Assembly: GCA_937925475.1 (NCBI GenBank)
Contig: CALEWH010000022.1
Span: forward strand, 82,835-146,834
Origin: an uncultured Clostridia bacterium
Lineage (GTDB): Bacteria > Bacillota > Clostridia > Christensenellales > UBA1242
Length of the DNA stretch: 64,000 bases
Direction: 5' to 3'
Below, piece by piece: positions 16,390 through 28,900 of the stretch. A program made the translations under genes and the position numbers. The stretch's first letter is position 1; each line of letters opens with the position of its first letter. Below the pieces are notes generated by a model, which was not told where the DNA came from, did no database searches, and saw only the letters and a program-made list of their open reading frames with translations.

Positions 16390-18585
16390 CTAAAACATCT
16401 CATCATTTGTCAAAAAGTCATATAGCAGAGTAAAGCGTTTTTGCGTGTGATTGTTTTTCACCATAATGCGAAGAGCGGTCGTGTTTCCCACCAAAACCAC
16501 CATTTTCTTGGCACGCGTAACGCCTGTATATAGTAAATTTCGAGTAAGCAACATCGGTGGCCCACCAATCACTGGCATAATCACAACATCAAATTCACTT
16601 CCTTGGCTCTTATGGATAGTGATTGCATAACTAAGAGTAATTTCATTAAGGTCGCCTTTATTATATCTAGCCACTCTTCCGTCTTCAAAATCAACAGTAA
16701 GTTCGAGATCAGATAGATTTACATCACTAATTACGCCAATATCACCATTAAAGACTCCCGTGCCTTCGACGCCATCACGAATATACACGCGCTCGTAGTC
16801 ATTTGTGGTTTGCATAACACGATCACCTACTCTAAACACACATCTGTCAGTCACTATCTCGTGTTTTTGTATGTCAGGTGGATTAAGTCTCTCTTGAAGA
16901 CACTTATTTAGATTGTCAATTCCACATAAGCCCGCCTTCATAGGTGCAAGCACTTGCACGCGCGACGGATCAATCCCAAGATACTTAGGAATACGCTCAG
17001 TACACATACTAATAATAGTGTCCATAACATCGCTTGTTTCGTCTTTCTCCGCAAAGAAAAAGTCTTTGCTTGTGTTGTCAATAACAGGCATTTTGCCTTC
17101 GTTTATAAGGTGGGCATTATTGATAATAAGCCCTTCGTTTTGTCTATATATGTGTGTAAGTGCAACAAATGGAATAACCCCGCTCATAAGTATATCTTTT
17201 AGCACATTTCCCGCACCAACACTTGGCAACTGGTCTTTATCCCCGACTAGTACAATTTGCGTTCCGCGTTTTAAGGCACGAATAAGATAATACATAAGTT
17301 GGATGTCCACCATACTTACTTCGTCTACAATTATTACATCATAAGGAAGTTTGTTAAGATTATTGTAGAAAAACAAATTTGGATTGTTGTAATCTACTTC
17401 GAGCGCCCTATGTATTGTGCTTGCATCCGAATCACAAGTCTCATTAAGTCGCTTGGCAGCACGACCAGTAGGCGCCATAAGTTTAACTTTTTTGTGCATA
17501 GACTTAAACAACTGCAACATACATTTTACAATAGTGGTTTTTCCAGTACCCGGCCCACCAGTAATAACACAAACTCCACTGTTGACCGCCATTTTTACAG
17601 CGTCTTTTTGTTTTTCGTGCATTTGGATTTTATTAAACTTTTCATAAAGTCCGATTTCTTCGTCAATATCTATAGGCACACTAAACTCGTTTAGCGAATA
17701 CAATTTGAGTGTTGCTCCAACCACTTTTTCAAGGTTGTAGTATTTAGTGAGCGCAATGCCAGTATCATTATCTTTTTGAAAAACGACTATATAATTATCA
17801 CTCGCTAGATCGGCTATCACTTTATCTAGCACATTGTTATATTTGTCACCATCAAGTCTCAATAACTCATAGATATTGTCAGAAAGGTTGGCTTTTGTGA
17901 CATAAGTATTGCCATTCTTGTCACAAAACTCCTTTAATGCGTGTAATAGCCCTGCGCGAAAACGAAATTCGCTATCAGACTTAATTCCCATATTTTGCGC
18001 AATTTTATCCGCAGTAAAAAATCCTATCCCGTCTACATCTTCCACAAGTTTGTAGGGATTTGACTTTAAAATCTGCTCTGTTTTCGCGCCATAATAGTTG
18101 TAAATCTTGATTGCTAGATTGGTCGAGATATTGTAGTTTTGCATAAGCATAACAGCATTTTGCATCTTTTTCACATCAGCAAACGCTTCGCCTATTTCCA
18201 TAGCTTTTTTTTCAGATATGCCCCTTATTTCAGCAAGCCTTGACGGATTAAATTCGAGAATATCAAGAGTAGACGAACCAAATTTTTTTACAATATTTGT
18301 AGCGGTAATAACCCCCACGCCTTTTATAAGACCACTTGACAGGTATCTCACTATACCTTCGTCCGTTGTGGGTGGTTTGAGTTTGACACTGCTTACAGCA
18401 AACTGCTCACCATATCGTGAGTGTGCAGTAAAAACACCGGTAAGTTCTACACACTCGCCTTCGCTAATAGTAGGAAACTTTCCCACAGCGGTGATTATCT
18501 CATTGTTTGAGTTTATCGCAAGAACAGTGTAGTTGTTATCGGGATTGTGATATATTATCTCTTGTACAGTGCCTTTTACTACCAT
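16390..18585 (-). CDS. recD2: ATP-dependent RecD-like DNA helicase (RecD2)
   Basis: Motifs seen: Walker A ITGGPGTGKTT, Walker B IIVDEVSMVD, SIHKSQGSEF, and an HhH region. The start is likely MVVKGTVQEIIYHNPDNNYTVL (ATG ending at 18585). The Cys-rich extension in the track is doubtful. Confidence 0.9.
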   Translation of the reverse strand: MVVKGTVQEIIYHNPDNNYTVLAINSNNEIITAVGKFPTISEGECVELTGVFTAHSRYGEQFAVSSVKLKPPTTDEGIVRYLSSGLIKGVGVITATNIVKKFGSSTLDILEFNPSRLAEIRGISEKKAMEIGEAFADVKKMQNAVMLMQNYNISTNLAIKIYNYYGAKTEQILKSNPYKLVEDVDGIGFFTADKIAQNMGIKSDSEFRFRAGLLHALKEFCDKNGNTYVTKANLSDNIYELLRLDGDKYNNVLDKVIADLASDNYIVVFQKDNDTGIALTKYYNLEKVVGATLKLYSLNEFSVPIDIDEEIGLYEKFNKIQMHEKQKDAVKMAVNSGVCVITGGPGTGKTTIVKCMLQLFKSMHKKVKLMAPTGRAAKRLNETCDSDASTIHRALEVDYNNPNLFFYNNLNKLPYDVIIVDEVSMVDIQLMYYLIRALKRGTQIVLVGDKDQLPSVGAGNVLKDILMSGVIPFVALTHIYRQNEGLIINNAHLINEGKMPVIDNTSKDFFFAEKDETSDVMDTIISMCTERIPKYLGIDPSRVQVLAPMKAGLCGIDNLNKCLQERLNPPDIQKHEIVTDRCVFRVGDRVMQTTNDYERVYIRDGVEGTGVFNGDIGVISDVNLSDLELTVDFEDGRVARYNKGDLNEITLSYAITIHKSQGSEFDVVIMPVIGGPPMLLTRNLLYTGVTRAKKMVVLVGNTTALRIMVKNNHTQKRFTLLYDFLTNDEMF

Positions 18586-18683
18586 ACAACAATTATAGCA
18601 CTTTATGTGATTTTTACAAAACAAATGCTTATCAATTTGTGACTGCTCACACATCGTGACAGCACTTTCGCGTTATATTTTCG

Positions 18684-18714
18684 ACAAAAAAAGAATAGGT
18701 CAAAGCCTATTCTT
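18684..18714 (-). terminator. Terminator of the rpsF-ssb-rpsR operon
   Basis: Arms AAGAATAGG and CCTATTCTT enclose a 6-nt loop. A T-run follows on the minus strand. Confidence 0.6.
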
Positions 18715-18726
18715 TAATACTTTATA

Positions 18727-19005
18727 TTATTCACCAACATATGGGATAAGTGCCATAAAACGAGCGCGTTTTAGAGCAACAGTCAATTCTCTTTGGTGAG
18801 CGGCGCAAGTGCCGGTTTGTCTTCTAGGAAGGATTTTGCCCTTTTCTGTGATATATTTTTTAAGTTTGTTTACATCTTTATAATCGATGTGACTTGCTTT
18901 ATCTACACAAAATGAGCAAACTTTTTTTCTAGAAGATTTTTTAAAGCGTTTTGGCGCAACTTTTTCTTCAACAGCTGCTACGCTTTCGATTGTCATTTCT
19001 TCCAT
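18727..19005 (-). CDS. rpsR: 30S ribosomal protein S18
   Basis: [60 protein letters not shown]. Confidence 0.95.
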   Translation of the reverse strand: MEEMTIESVAAVEEKVAPKRFKKSSRKKVCSFCVDKASHIDYKDVNKLKKYITEKGKILPRRQTGTCAAHQRELTVALKRARFMALIPYVGE

Positions 19006-19026
19006 TATATACTCCTTACAATTTTA

Positions 19027-19419
19027 TTAGAAAGGAAGCCCGTCGTCCTCGATAGGTTGAAGTTTGGATACTTCTTCTTCCTTCTTGACTTCGCCATCAG
19101 CATTGCGAGTATTTAAAAACTCTACTTCTTCTGCGACGATCTCAGTAACATAACGCTTGCTTCCGTCAGCAGCGTCATAACTACGACTTTGGATATTTCC
19201 TACCACTGCCACTTTACTACCTTTTTTGATAAACTTATGGCAATTATCCGCTAGCGCACGCCAAGCAACGATGTTGATAAAGTCTGTATCTCTTTCGCCA
19301 TCGCTATTTGCAAATCTACGAGTTACTGCAAGAGTAAAACGACATACAGATACACCATTTGTAGTAGTGCTAATTTCTGGATCTTTGGTAAGATTTCCGA
19401 TTAAAATACATTTATTCAT
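19027..19419 (-). CDS. ssb: Single-stranded DNA-binding protein
   Basis: OB-fold N-terminus MNKCILIGNLTKDPE and the acidic tail ending DDGLPF. Confidence 0.95.
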   Translation of the reverse strand: MNKCILIGNLTKDPEISTTTNGVSVCRFTLAVTRRFANSDGERDTDFINIVAWRALADNCHKFIKKGSKVAVVGNIQSRSYDAADGSKRYVTEIVAEEVEFLNTRNADGEVKKEEEVSKLQPIEDDGLPF

Positions 19420-19435
19420 TTTTTCTCCTCCGTTA

Positions 19436-19723
19436 TTAGTCTTCTACTTTTAGGCATAGACTACGCATAACGCTTTCATCAATATTCATAAGTTTACTGA
19501 TTTTTTCAGGAACATAAGGTTGTGCTTCAAAGTTGAATAGCACATAATAACCTTCTTTTTTGTAATTAATAGGGTAAGCAAATTTTTTAACGCCCCATTT
19601 GTTTACATTGGTTACTTTACCACCGTCTGTTTCCATAAGTTTAGTGTACTTTTCGACCATTTTTTCTTTGTCTTCATCAGTCAAAGCAGCACTAAAAATT
19701 GTAAGCATTTCGTATTTATTCAT
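19436..19723 (-). CDS. rpsF: 30S ribosomal protein S6
   Basis: MNKYEMLTIFSAALTDEDKEKMVEKY...KKFAYPINYKKEGYYVLFNFEA, at the head of the conserved rpsF-ssb-rpsR order. Confidence 0.95.
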   Translation of the reverse strand: MNKYEMLTIFSAALTDEDKEKMVEKYTKLMETDGGKVTNVNKWGVKKFAYPINYKKEGYYVLFNFEAQPYVPEKISKLMNIDESVMRSLCLKVED

Positions 19724-19793
19724 ATTTTACCTCCTTGTGGTCTATCGGCTTTAACTTTGTTAAAGCAAGGTGATAATATTTATCATCACGCTT

Positions 19794-19822
19794 ATTATAT
19801 CAAATCCATTGCCGTTTTGCAA
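19794..19822 (-). promoter_or_regulatory. Near-consensus sigma-A promoter of the rpsF operon
   Basis: On the minus strand: TTGCAA (19822-19817), a 17-nt spacer, then TATAAT (19799-19794). An imperfect hairpin GTGATGATAAATATTATCAC follows in the leader. Confidence 0.5.
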
Positions 19823-19900
19823 CAACTTTTTTTCTACAATAAGCGCGAGTAAATATTTTCAATTTTTTATTTAAAAATTAATTTAGTGTTTTAGTCAGTA

Positions 19901-22900
19901 TTACAACTGAGCACTCAAACACATTCCATAGTCAGGAGTGATACTAGCGCCAGTGTGGTCAGTATACAACATACAATTTCGGCAGTATCCATTCCATTCG
20001 TAGTAACCACTTCTTATAATAAATAAGTAAAGAGGATCGTCAGTCACATTTTCATCTACTGCATAATACCTTTCACAGCCTGTACATTGTATTTCATATC
20101 TTCCGTCTCCAATGTCGATTGTACCGTACGAACGATTTTTGTTCAGCCAGCCGAATAACATTTTATCGTTGAATGTCTCCCATAACTTAACATTATCTGG
20201 AGTGTCCTTATAATAGAACTTTAACATATTATAATTTGCAGTATTTCCACTACCAGCACCGCTTAGATTTAGTGATGTATTTTCCATCAAATTAATGTAG
20301 TTGGAATTTGTCCAATGACCTACAATGCTGTAATATTTATAATTAAGCAAACAAATATATGTAGTCGAATTTCTTGAACCAAATAGGCCATTGCTTATTG
20401 CATCACTGCTAAATACATTTATAGCATTAATACTACTTGTATAGATGCGTTTTAGATAAGATGATGCATTGTAGAATGCGTTCCTTTCTATTCCACCTTC
20501 GATTAATGTTCGTGGCAATCTTACTTCGCTTAGATGAGTGTTTTTGAATGCATTTTCTTTAATAGTAGTAATCAAATATCTATCATTATAGTATACAAGA
20601 TCGTCTCTATCTAGATTTAATACACTCAAATCGCTTTCAATAGTTTCGTCATTAAGCACACCATTTTCTTTAAACTCTCTAATCACACCACGATATTGAG
20701 GAACATAAATCAAACTATATGTTCCATCAGCATAGTATGATTGGGCAGTACTAACCGAACTATTGTATTTAACATAGGCGTATTCACTAGAAGCATAATC
20801 AATTACGCTCCATTTAGGACATTGAGAACATGTGTATTGCTTTCCACTTATATATGTGTAAGGAAATAATGAGCCTTCAGTACTATTTTCCACATAAATA
20901 CTTTTATTTTTAATAATGGATTTTAGACTAGTGCCATCTTCCACACTAGGATTAGCACTCATGGATACTTCTCTAATATCATTTGTTTGTACCACATGCC
21001 CATCAGGACATAGAATATCATAATAGTGATAATAAGCATAAGTACCAACAGAAGTAGAAGTAGTAGTTAATCTTTGCAATAATACACCGTCATACGAAGC
21101 ATAAGATTGATTCTTGTCAACATTTATTGATTTAATTGCTCGCATATTTTGGAATGCTGCTGGATCAATACTAGTCAAAACGTCATATCCACTGGACATC
21201 GTACCAGTTATATTAATTGTAGTAATAGATCTGTTATAATCAAAACTACCAGCGTGTATTTTTGTTACACCACAATTATAACAGTTAAGTTCGAAAGTAA
21301 CACCGCTAGTTCCGCCCCAATTTTCAGGAACGTAGTACAAGCGTCCAGAGTCGTCACCATTAGCAACTCTTAACCATCCATCTTTAGAAGAATATATGCT
21401 TGTTCCGCCTCCGCCACCACCTGTTATGGTGATAGATTGTAAATATGTTGCACCTGTGAATGCACCATCTAGACTATTTGAATTAAGACCCACATAGCAA
21501 TCAAATGTAAGGTATTTAATACTACTTCCAGCAAATGCACTTTCATTAATTTGTTTTATTTGATATGCTCTCATATACAAAGTAACATCTGTACTAACAT
21601 TGTTTGCCATTGCTCCTTCTGCTATTTTATTTGCTCCAAGTAACATGTCACCAGTCAAATCAGTATACATATTGATCTTTGTAACAGATTTTGCTTCTGG
21701 CACTTTTAGTAGATAATAATCATAATCCAAGCCACCGGTATTGTTTCCATAAAGTATACCATCACGAGTCCAGTAATTAGGTTTTGATGTCACACCATCA
21801 GAATACAAGTATTTTGCATAATCCTCAAGACCGTAAATTTTTATCTTTTCAAGTTTACTCATTCCACATAGATAAGTATCTATCTTATCAGCAGAAATAT
21901 CTTCGTCATGACCACCAACACTTCTTAAATCAGGACTAAATGAGATCTCTGTAAGTCCACTGCCATCTGCGAAGTGCATACCTATAAGCATCAATCCCTT
22001 TTCATTTTCATCATAGCCGCTCAAAGTTTTCAAATTTGTACAACCACTAATTCCGTAGTCACCAATAGTTTTCATTTGTCCACTAAGCGTACTCAAAGCA
22101 GTCATATCTCTAAGGGCATTATTTCCAATAGAAACGGATGATGTCGAAGAAAGTTTAAGTGTAACGATTGTATCATTTGGTAGATATGTTGTGCAATTTT
22201 TAATTTCATTTACTCTTTCAAGATAAACAAATTTCACATTAAATGCACCATTGTCACCAAATGGAGAATGTACACCATCTCCCATTTTAATAGTCTTAGT
22301 CATATCAAGTCCATTGGCAAATCTAATAGTATTATAGGTTACGCCCGGCGAATAACTACCACCTGTTGATGTATTGTAGGTACTAAGTATACTACCTAGA
22401 TACGAATAGTCATTTAGGATAAGTGTATTAAAGTTTTTAAGTGTTGTAGTTTGATTGATTTTATTTCCGCTACTACCCACTAGTCCGATATAATCAACAC
22501 CAGTGATTTTGTTTCCATTTACATCATGCAACGGCATCATAATTGAAGAACGCAAACTACTTAGTTGAGCCAATTTAATACCCTTAACAATTCCGCCAGA
22601 AATATAGAAAGCAGAAGCTGGGGCTTCAATTATAACAAACTTGATATGCTCGTTTTCATCAGACGAAGAGTAGCTAAACAACAACGTTTTGCTATTGTAA
22701 GTACGCATTGCATATTCTCTAGAGATATTTGTATATTGCCAACAATCAACATCATAGTCTGCTTGATAATATACAGTTACGAATACGCCAGAGTTTTGTG
22801 GGTTTGAGCGAAGTATTGCTTCGCTAGAACGCGGAATAGTCTTTCTCTCATTATTAATATAATAATAATGATAAAATCCTTCTTCGCTAGCCAAGAAAGG

Positions 22901-25900
22901 AACATTGCCCATAAACCACACATTAGTGCTGTCTTCTTTGTTAGTGCTACCTTCTTTGTTTTCTATTAGTGACCAACCAGTTTTCTCTATTTTCGAGCCG
23001 AACTCGATTGTTCTTGCAAAATCACCTGAAGAACCATAGAATGCACCGGTACCTACCATTTCAATGTTTGTTAAATCTAAAGTTGTGCAGACACCATAAA
23101 GACCATCGTACCACATCCTTTGCTTATATGCAAAAGCAAAAGGATCAATGGTTTTTATAGTTTCAAATGGTTGAATATCATCCCATCTATCATCACCAGC
23201 AAGTTGTTCATATGTGCTACCATCGCCATTAAGATAAGAAACCCAAGACCCACCTGATGCAAAATAAGCAGGACAATGTAGTAAAGTATCTTTTGTTTTA
23301 TCAAATAGCATTCCGTGTGACAACAACGCAGGTGATGATGATCGATAACAACCCCATGAGCAATAGTTTGTATTATATGGATCAACAACATATCCTACAA
23401 GTTTACTAGATCCATCAAGTGACCAGGACAGACGAGCAATAGATGGATATTTATTGTTTGTATTATTTAAAATATCAGAACTAGAATCATATTTGTCCGT
23501 CATTGTATTTATTTTTGTAATGTTTTTACCAATATAAATAAATTTGATATCACTCGGTTTGTATGTATAATTATTAATTGCACTATTTGCATGTCCACTA
23601 TCATTAAAGTCTATTGTGTTTATCTTATAAGCATTATTACCTCTAAAGTTCCATTCTGGAATGGTAAGTTTTTCTGGCTTATTTGTAAAGAACTTTTGAC
23701 TAGCTGCATTATCAGTGTTGTTCCAACCTGTAATACTATAACCATCCTCAGAATAGGTAAATATACTATTGTCATAATTATCTTGTTCTGGGCCATAAAC
23801 TGGATAGATTGCTATAAATCCTTTATCTTTGTTTTGAGGATCATTATCATGATCTTTAAGTGTCGAATATTTTGTACTTTTAATCTTTGAAAAGTCAGTA
23901 ATTATTGTAATATAAGTAGTAGTATTAAAATTTGCACTATTGGTAGTAAAATTAGCCACCTTATACCATTCTCTCTTATAATTATTATTTTTATTAACTT
24001 TTACTGTTACATATTCAATTGTTTGATTGTCTTTATGAGCATCATATTCTTTAGATGTACTATAGTAAATTTTTTGAGAGTAATACCCGTCTTTATTATT
24101 ATTATCATAGAATCTTTTATATCCATCTTTATCAATTTCTTTATTGAATACTACAATGGTGTACGCTGTGCGTTCAGTATTAAAAATAACTGACGAAGCA
24201 TCAATAGTATAATACTTATTATTCTTAGCCACCAACTTAACACTTGCATACTTGTTACTAATCTCAAAATTTTTATTATTAGTAAATCCAATATCTTGTG
24301 TTTGTCCAGGCAAGTATCTATAAACTATTCTATTGAAGCCTTTCCCATTTTTTACCAAGTCTTCATAATCGCTGGCCCAAGAGAAAGTACGATCATAATA
24401 ATGTCTAGTTTTAACTTTAAATGAAGTACCCTCAACCACTTTTGTATTGCCATAAGAGTCCACATAAGAGTCCATACCATCATCATCAAATCGTAGCTCT
24501 CTTAATGTGTCAAGTTTTTCAAAAGATATAGTTAATGTACAGTTAACAATATTAAGAGTATTGTCTTCATATGGTATAAATTCACAACTTGATTCATTCC
24601 AAGAATAGCGGAACAAATCAGCATTGTTTGTGCCCACCAACCCATACAACCTATCAAATTTCATGTTATCCATGTTATCTTTATTAAGGACTAAAAACAA
24701 ATTATTAGCGGTAAGATAATCACCATAACATGCTATTTTATTATTGTTGTTATCCTTTATACTACTCCACATTGAATCAGCGTCTAATTCGCTACTTATT
24801 TTCTCACGATCAAGATAATCTACTCCTTCAACATAATTTTCTCTCACGACAGCTTCACTTATATAATAAGGTCTTTTTAATACTGTATCATAGGTATATT
24901 GATTTATCGAAGCCGAAGTAAATACATCTTCCTTCATCCAATTTATCAATAATGTTCTAATTTTATTTATTTGATCATCACCGATATCATTACGATAGTA
25001 TACACTATATAACAATTTTGAATCACACTCTATTTTTGTGTAAGAAACACCTATATATGCTGTATTGTTATTAGTAGTGGTTGAAGAAGTTAATAAATTA
25101 TACGTAATGTTTATTTCTCTGAAGTTAACAATACTTGAATAATCAGTTTCAGAAATATCTTCACCACCGCCAGGAACAGGTGTAATATCTCCACCAGAAT
25201 CTTTGTTGAGAGATCCAGATGATTGTAGGCTGTTACCTTCTGGTCCAATTCTAATATATATGGTTTTTGATGGAATAGAAGCTGAAGCAGATTCATAAAA
25301 ATTGATAACCAATTTTGAATCTTCATATGTTAGTTTAACTATACCACCATCGTACCCATAACCACTTATTATAATACTATCTGACGAAATTTGTATTGAA
25401 TCAACAAATCTATTGGTACCATAAACTTTGCCATTACCTTCAAGTTCTCCAACATCATGTTGGAGATCAACATCTATAAAACCAATATTGTTTCTAAATT
25501 TGTCAAATTCTTTTTCATCTTTTTTATCTTTTAAATTGAATTCCTTATTGATTGCAAACGTATATTGTTGCGCTGTTTTTGTTATGAACTCAAAAACGAT
25601 TGTTTGATCTTTATTAGTTAAATCTATATTAAAATCACCAACATTACTATTAGAAGTTATTGTTTTAGTTTTTCCATTATAATTTACGGTCGAATTACTA
25701 CCACTAAATAACCCCGACTCTTCTTCAATAATATTGTCGCGATAGCTTTCAATAATACTATTAATAGTAATATATCTAAACGTTGTTCCAAACGTATCAT
25801 TATTAACTCCTAGATAATAACTATTTCCATATACAATACCATAAATTTTTTGATTATTTACAATCAAAGCATAAGTTTTAAGGCTTTCAATAGACATATT

Positions 25901-28900
25901 TACATTATTTACTTTAACTTGAGCACTCAATGTTTTGTATTCGAAAGATTCAATTCCTACTATATTTGTATTGATTAATTCTCCAGAATCCAATTCACCA
26001 CTAATAATAGAACTACCATTAATATAACTATTTTTTGGATTTTTCATAACTAATATTTTTGAGGAGTTGGATTTCTTTGTGATAGTAAAGCCATCTTTAG
26101 GACCCGGCGTATTAGCAGGATCATCAACTGATTGAGTATACTTCAATTCAAATATGCCATAATTGTTCCATTGAGGCTCGATAGAATACTTCAAGCCTTT
26201 TGGAAAACACCAATTATCTAGATTAAGCAATAGATGATTTCCATTATTTCTATTTACATCATAATCACTATTTGAAGAAGGTACATTATATTGAGTATAA
26301 TAGCTATTCATTGGAATATAAACTTCGTTTGAATCCAATGCCAACGTGTTAATTGTCAAGTTTTTAGTAGTATAACTTACACCATTAATACTAGTTGAAC
26401 TAGCATTTTCTATTTCCACCATACCTTCAGAACTATTATCCATGGAATACCAAGTAGAGTAACAAATTGTTAGATATATGGTAGAATTTAACATGACATC
26501 TAGCGCAATTGGGTTAGATATATTCACATTTGTATTTATTTGTTTTTGTCCGTAGTGATTATAATAAGTTATGTTGGTTATTTTAAATCCATAAGCATCA
26601 TAAGCATACTTATATGATGGATTATCACCAAACAAATAACTTATTGTCCCTTTAGATGTTTCTACTTGATTATTAGTTTTCATATCTTTAGATAAAAGTA
26701 TGTCAGAAACACTTCTTCCTAATTTAACTTCGTAGTTTTCTTGTACGTATACAGTTCTTAATTCAGTATACGAACAACAAGAAACGATAGTATGTTTCAT
26801 GTCACCATAACTGAATAATACACTATCACCACTAAATTCTTCAACCATACCATTATTGTTATAATAATATGTCGATCCTGATTCTTTTGAGATTAGTTTT
26901 CCATTGTCATAATCCATATAACCCCAAAACAAATATCCACTTGGAGTCCAAATATTAGATGATTCGTACAAATCATTAAGTGTCCAGTTTTGTGCACTGA
27001 CATCCCATAAATATGGTGCATTGTTTGATTTAACTTTAATTCCATCTACTTTATCAAATAAGCGTATACCATTTTGTTCATATTGTAGATATGTAATCGA
27101 ATAATTAATGGTAGCTTGTGTTTGAGCTGACAAACAAGGGTCTGTAACTATAGAAAACTCTTGAGTTTTCCAAATAATGTTAACCAATACTGCAAGACTA
27201 ACATCATTATAATTAGCATTATTGCCATCGACTATAAATCCATTATTGTCATCAACTGGCGACTTTGTTAAATTTTTACTTTTATCTATATAATACATAT
27301 CATTACTTTGAGCAAAAGTATAAATCTTGTCTACATGGGCAGAATCAACATCCTTTAATTGTTGAATGATGGTATTTTTATCTATCTTTTTACCTTCCCA
27401 ACATTTACCAAAAGGATACATTACCCTGTCATCATACCAATTATCGACACCATATTTACTTAGTACTTCTTTATCATCCTCAATAGTATAAATATAAACA
27501 TTTACATTATACGAATCTATAAATACTTCTTCCAAAACTTGATTTGTACTATCGATAATTATAGAAGTATTTGTTGGAGTTCCATTTTGATTAATAATCG
27601 ATCTTATTTTAGTCTCAGTATCAAAATCAAACAAAGTAAGATAATTATTATTGTTTGATTTAAAATGTGAATACTGACTATTTTCGCCTATGCTCGAACA
27701 TCCCATATTATTTGAATATTTAGCACAATCAATAAGACTGATAATGTTGTTATTGCATTTTACAAATATTTTTCCTAGATCAAATTCTCCTTCAGGTAAA
27801 TAAATTTCAGTTTGTTTTTCTATATCTTCTGCAAAGCGTGTCATTTGTCCAATATATAGATAAACATAATTATTACTATCTTTATCTAAGTTTGAATAAG
27901 TAGAATGCAATTTAATACTAGACTTAGCATAACTTGTACAATCAATGCTCAATTCTTTTGATTCATTAGGTCCAAAGCAGTCACATAAAAATTCATCATA
28001 TTCTTTAACATAATTACTTGCATCCAATTTTAATTTAGTATCTATAATGTAATATATTTTTTCATCTACACAATCTTTTAGTAGTGTGAAGACTTGGTTT
28101 GTTTCATCGTAAACATAGCCGTCACCATTTACTCCACCATAATTGCTAGACAATGCACTTTTCAAATATTCGATCAACTTAGCTCGGATTGTATTAAAGT
28201 TTTCTTTTGCTTTGTATGTGTCTGTAAATGGATCACAGATTTTGTTTCCATTGTTATCCACAACGCTAATTGTGACTGAGTATGATTTTTCTACAAACAA
28301 AACTTCTACATTTGCTTCATTTGTAGCGTCTACCCCACTAAGCGACTCAACTTGTTGGGTTGTGCCATTTGTGGTTATCGAATAACCATTGTGTTTGTAT
28401 CCACCATTTGGTTTTGGTGTGATGCTAGGAATATTTGAATAACTTGTGTTTTTAACAACTTTAAATGTAACCCTCTCATACACCGATTCGCCTTGTACTT
28501 GGGTCGATGTAGATGAGTATTGAACATATAATTTGTTTCTATTTGCACTTATATCGGTATATGTAAAATATCCTTGCTCAGTACTATTTGTGCTGATAGC
28601 GACAAGAACTGCTGATTCAGTAACCGCAAGCACAGGAGTCGATGCGTCCAAAACACCATTTATAATGTGGTTGGAGATGTCCCAATAATAATCCACACTA
28701 TCATAAGTGATTGTGCCAATCATTATATTAGCAAATTTGGTCTTCAAACTTTCATCTATATGCCCACTCACAAGATATTCGTTGAATGACAATCCATTAT
28801 ATGTTGTAAGACCTTTTGCGTATTCTTTAAAACCATCTATATCTGTCGCTTTAAAACTTTTTTCTGCTACTTTTATTTTTGGGTCAATATCTGAGGATGT

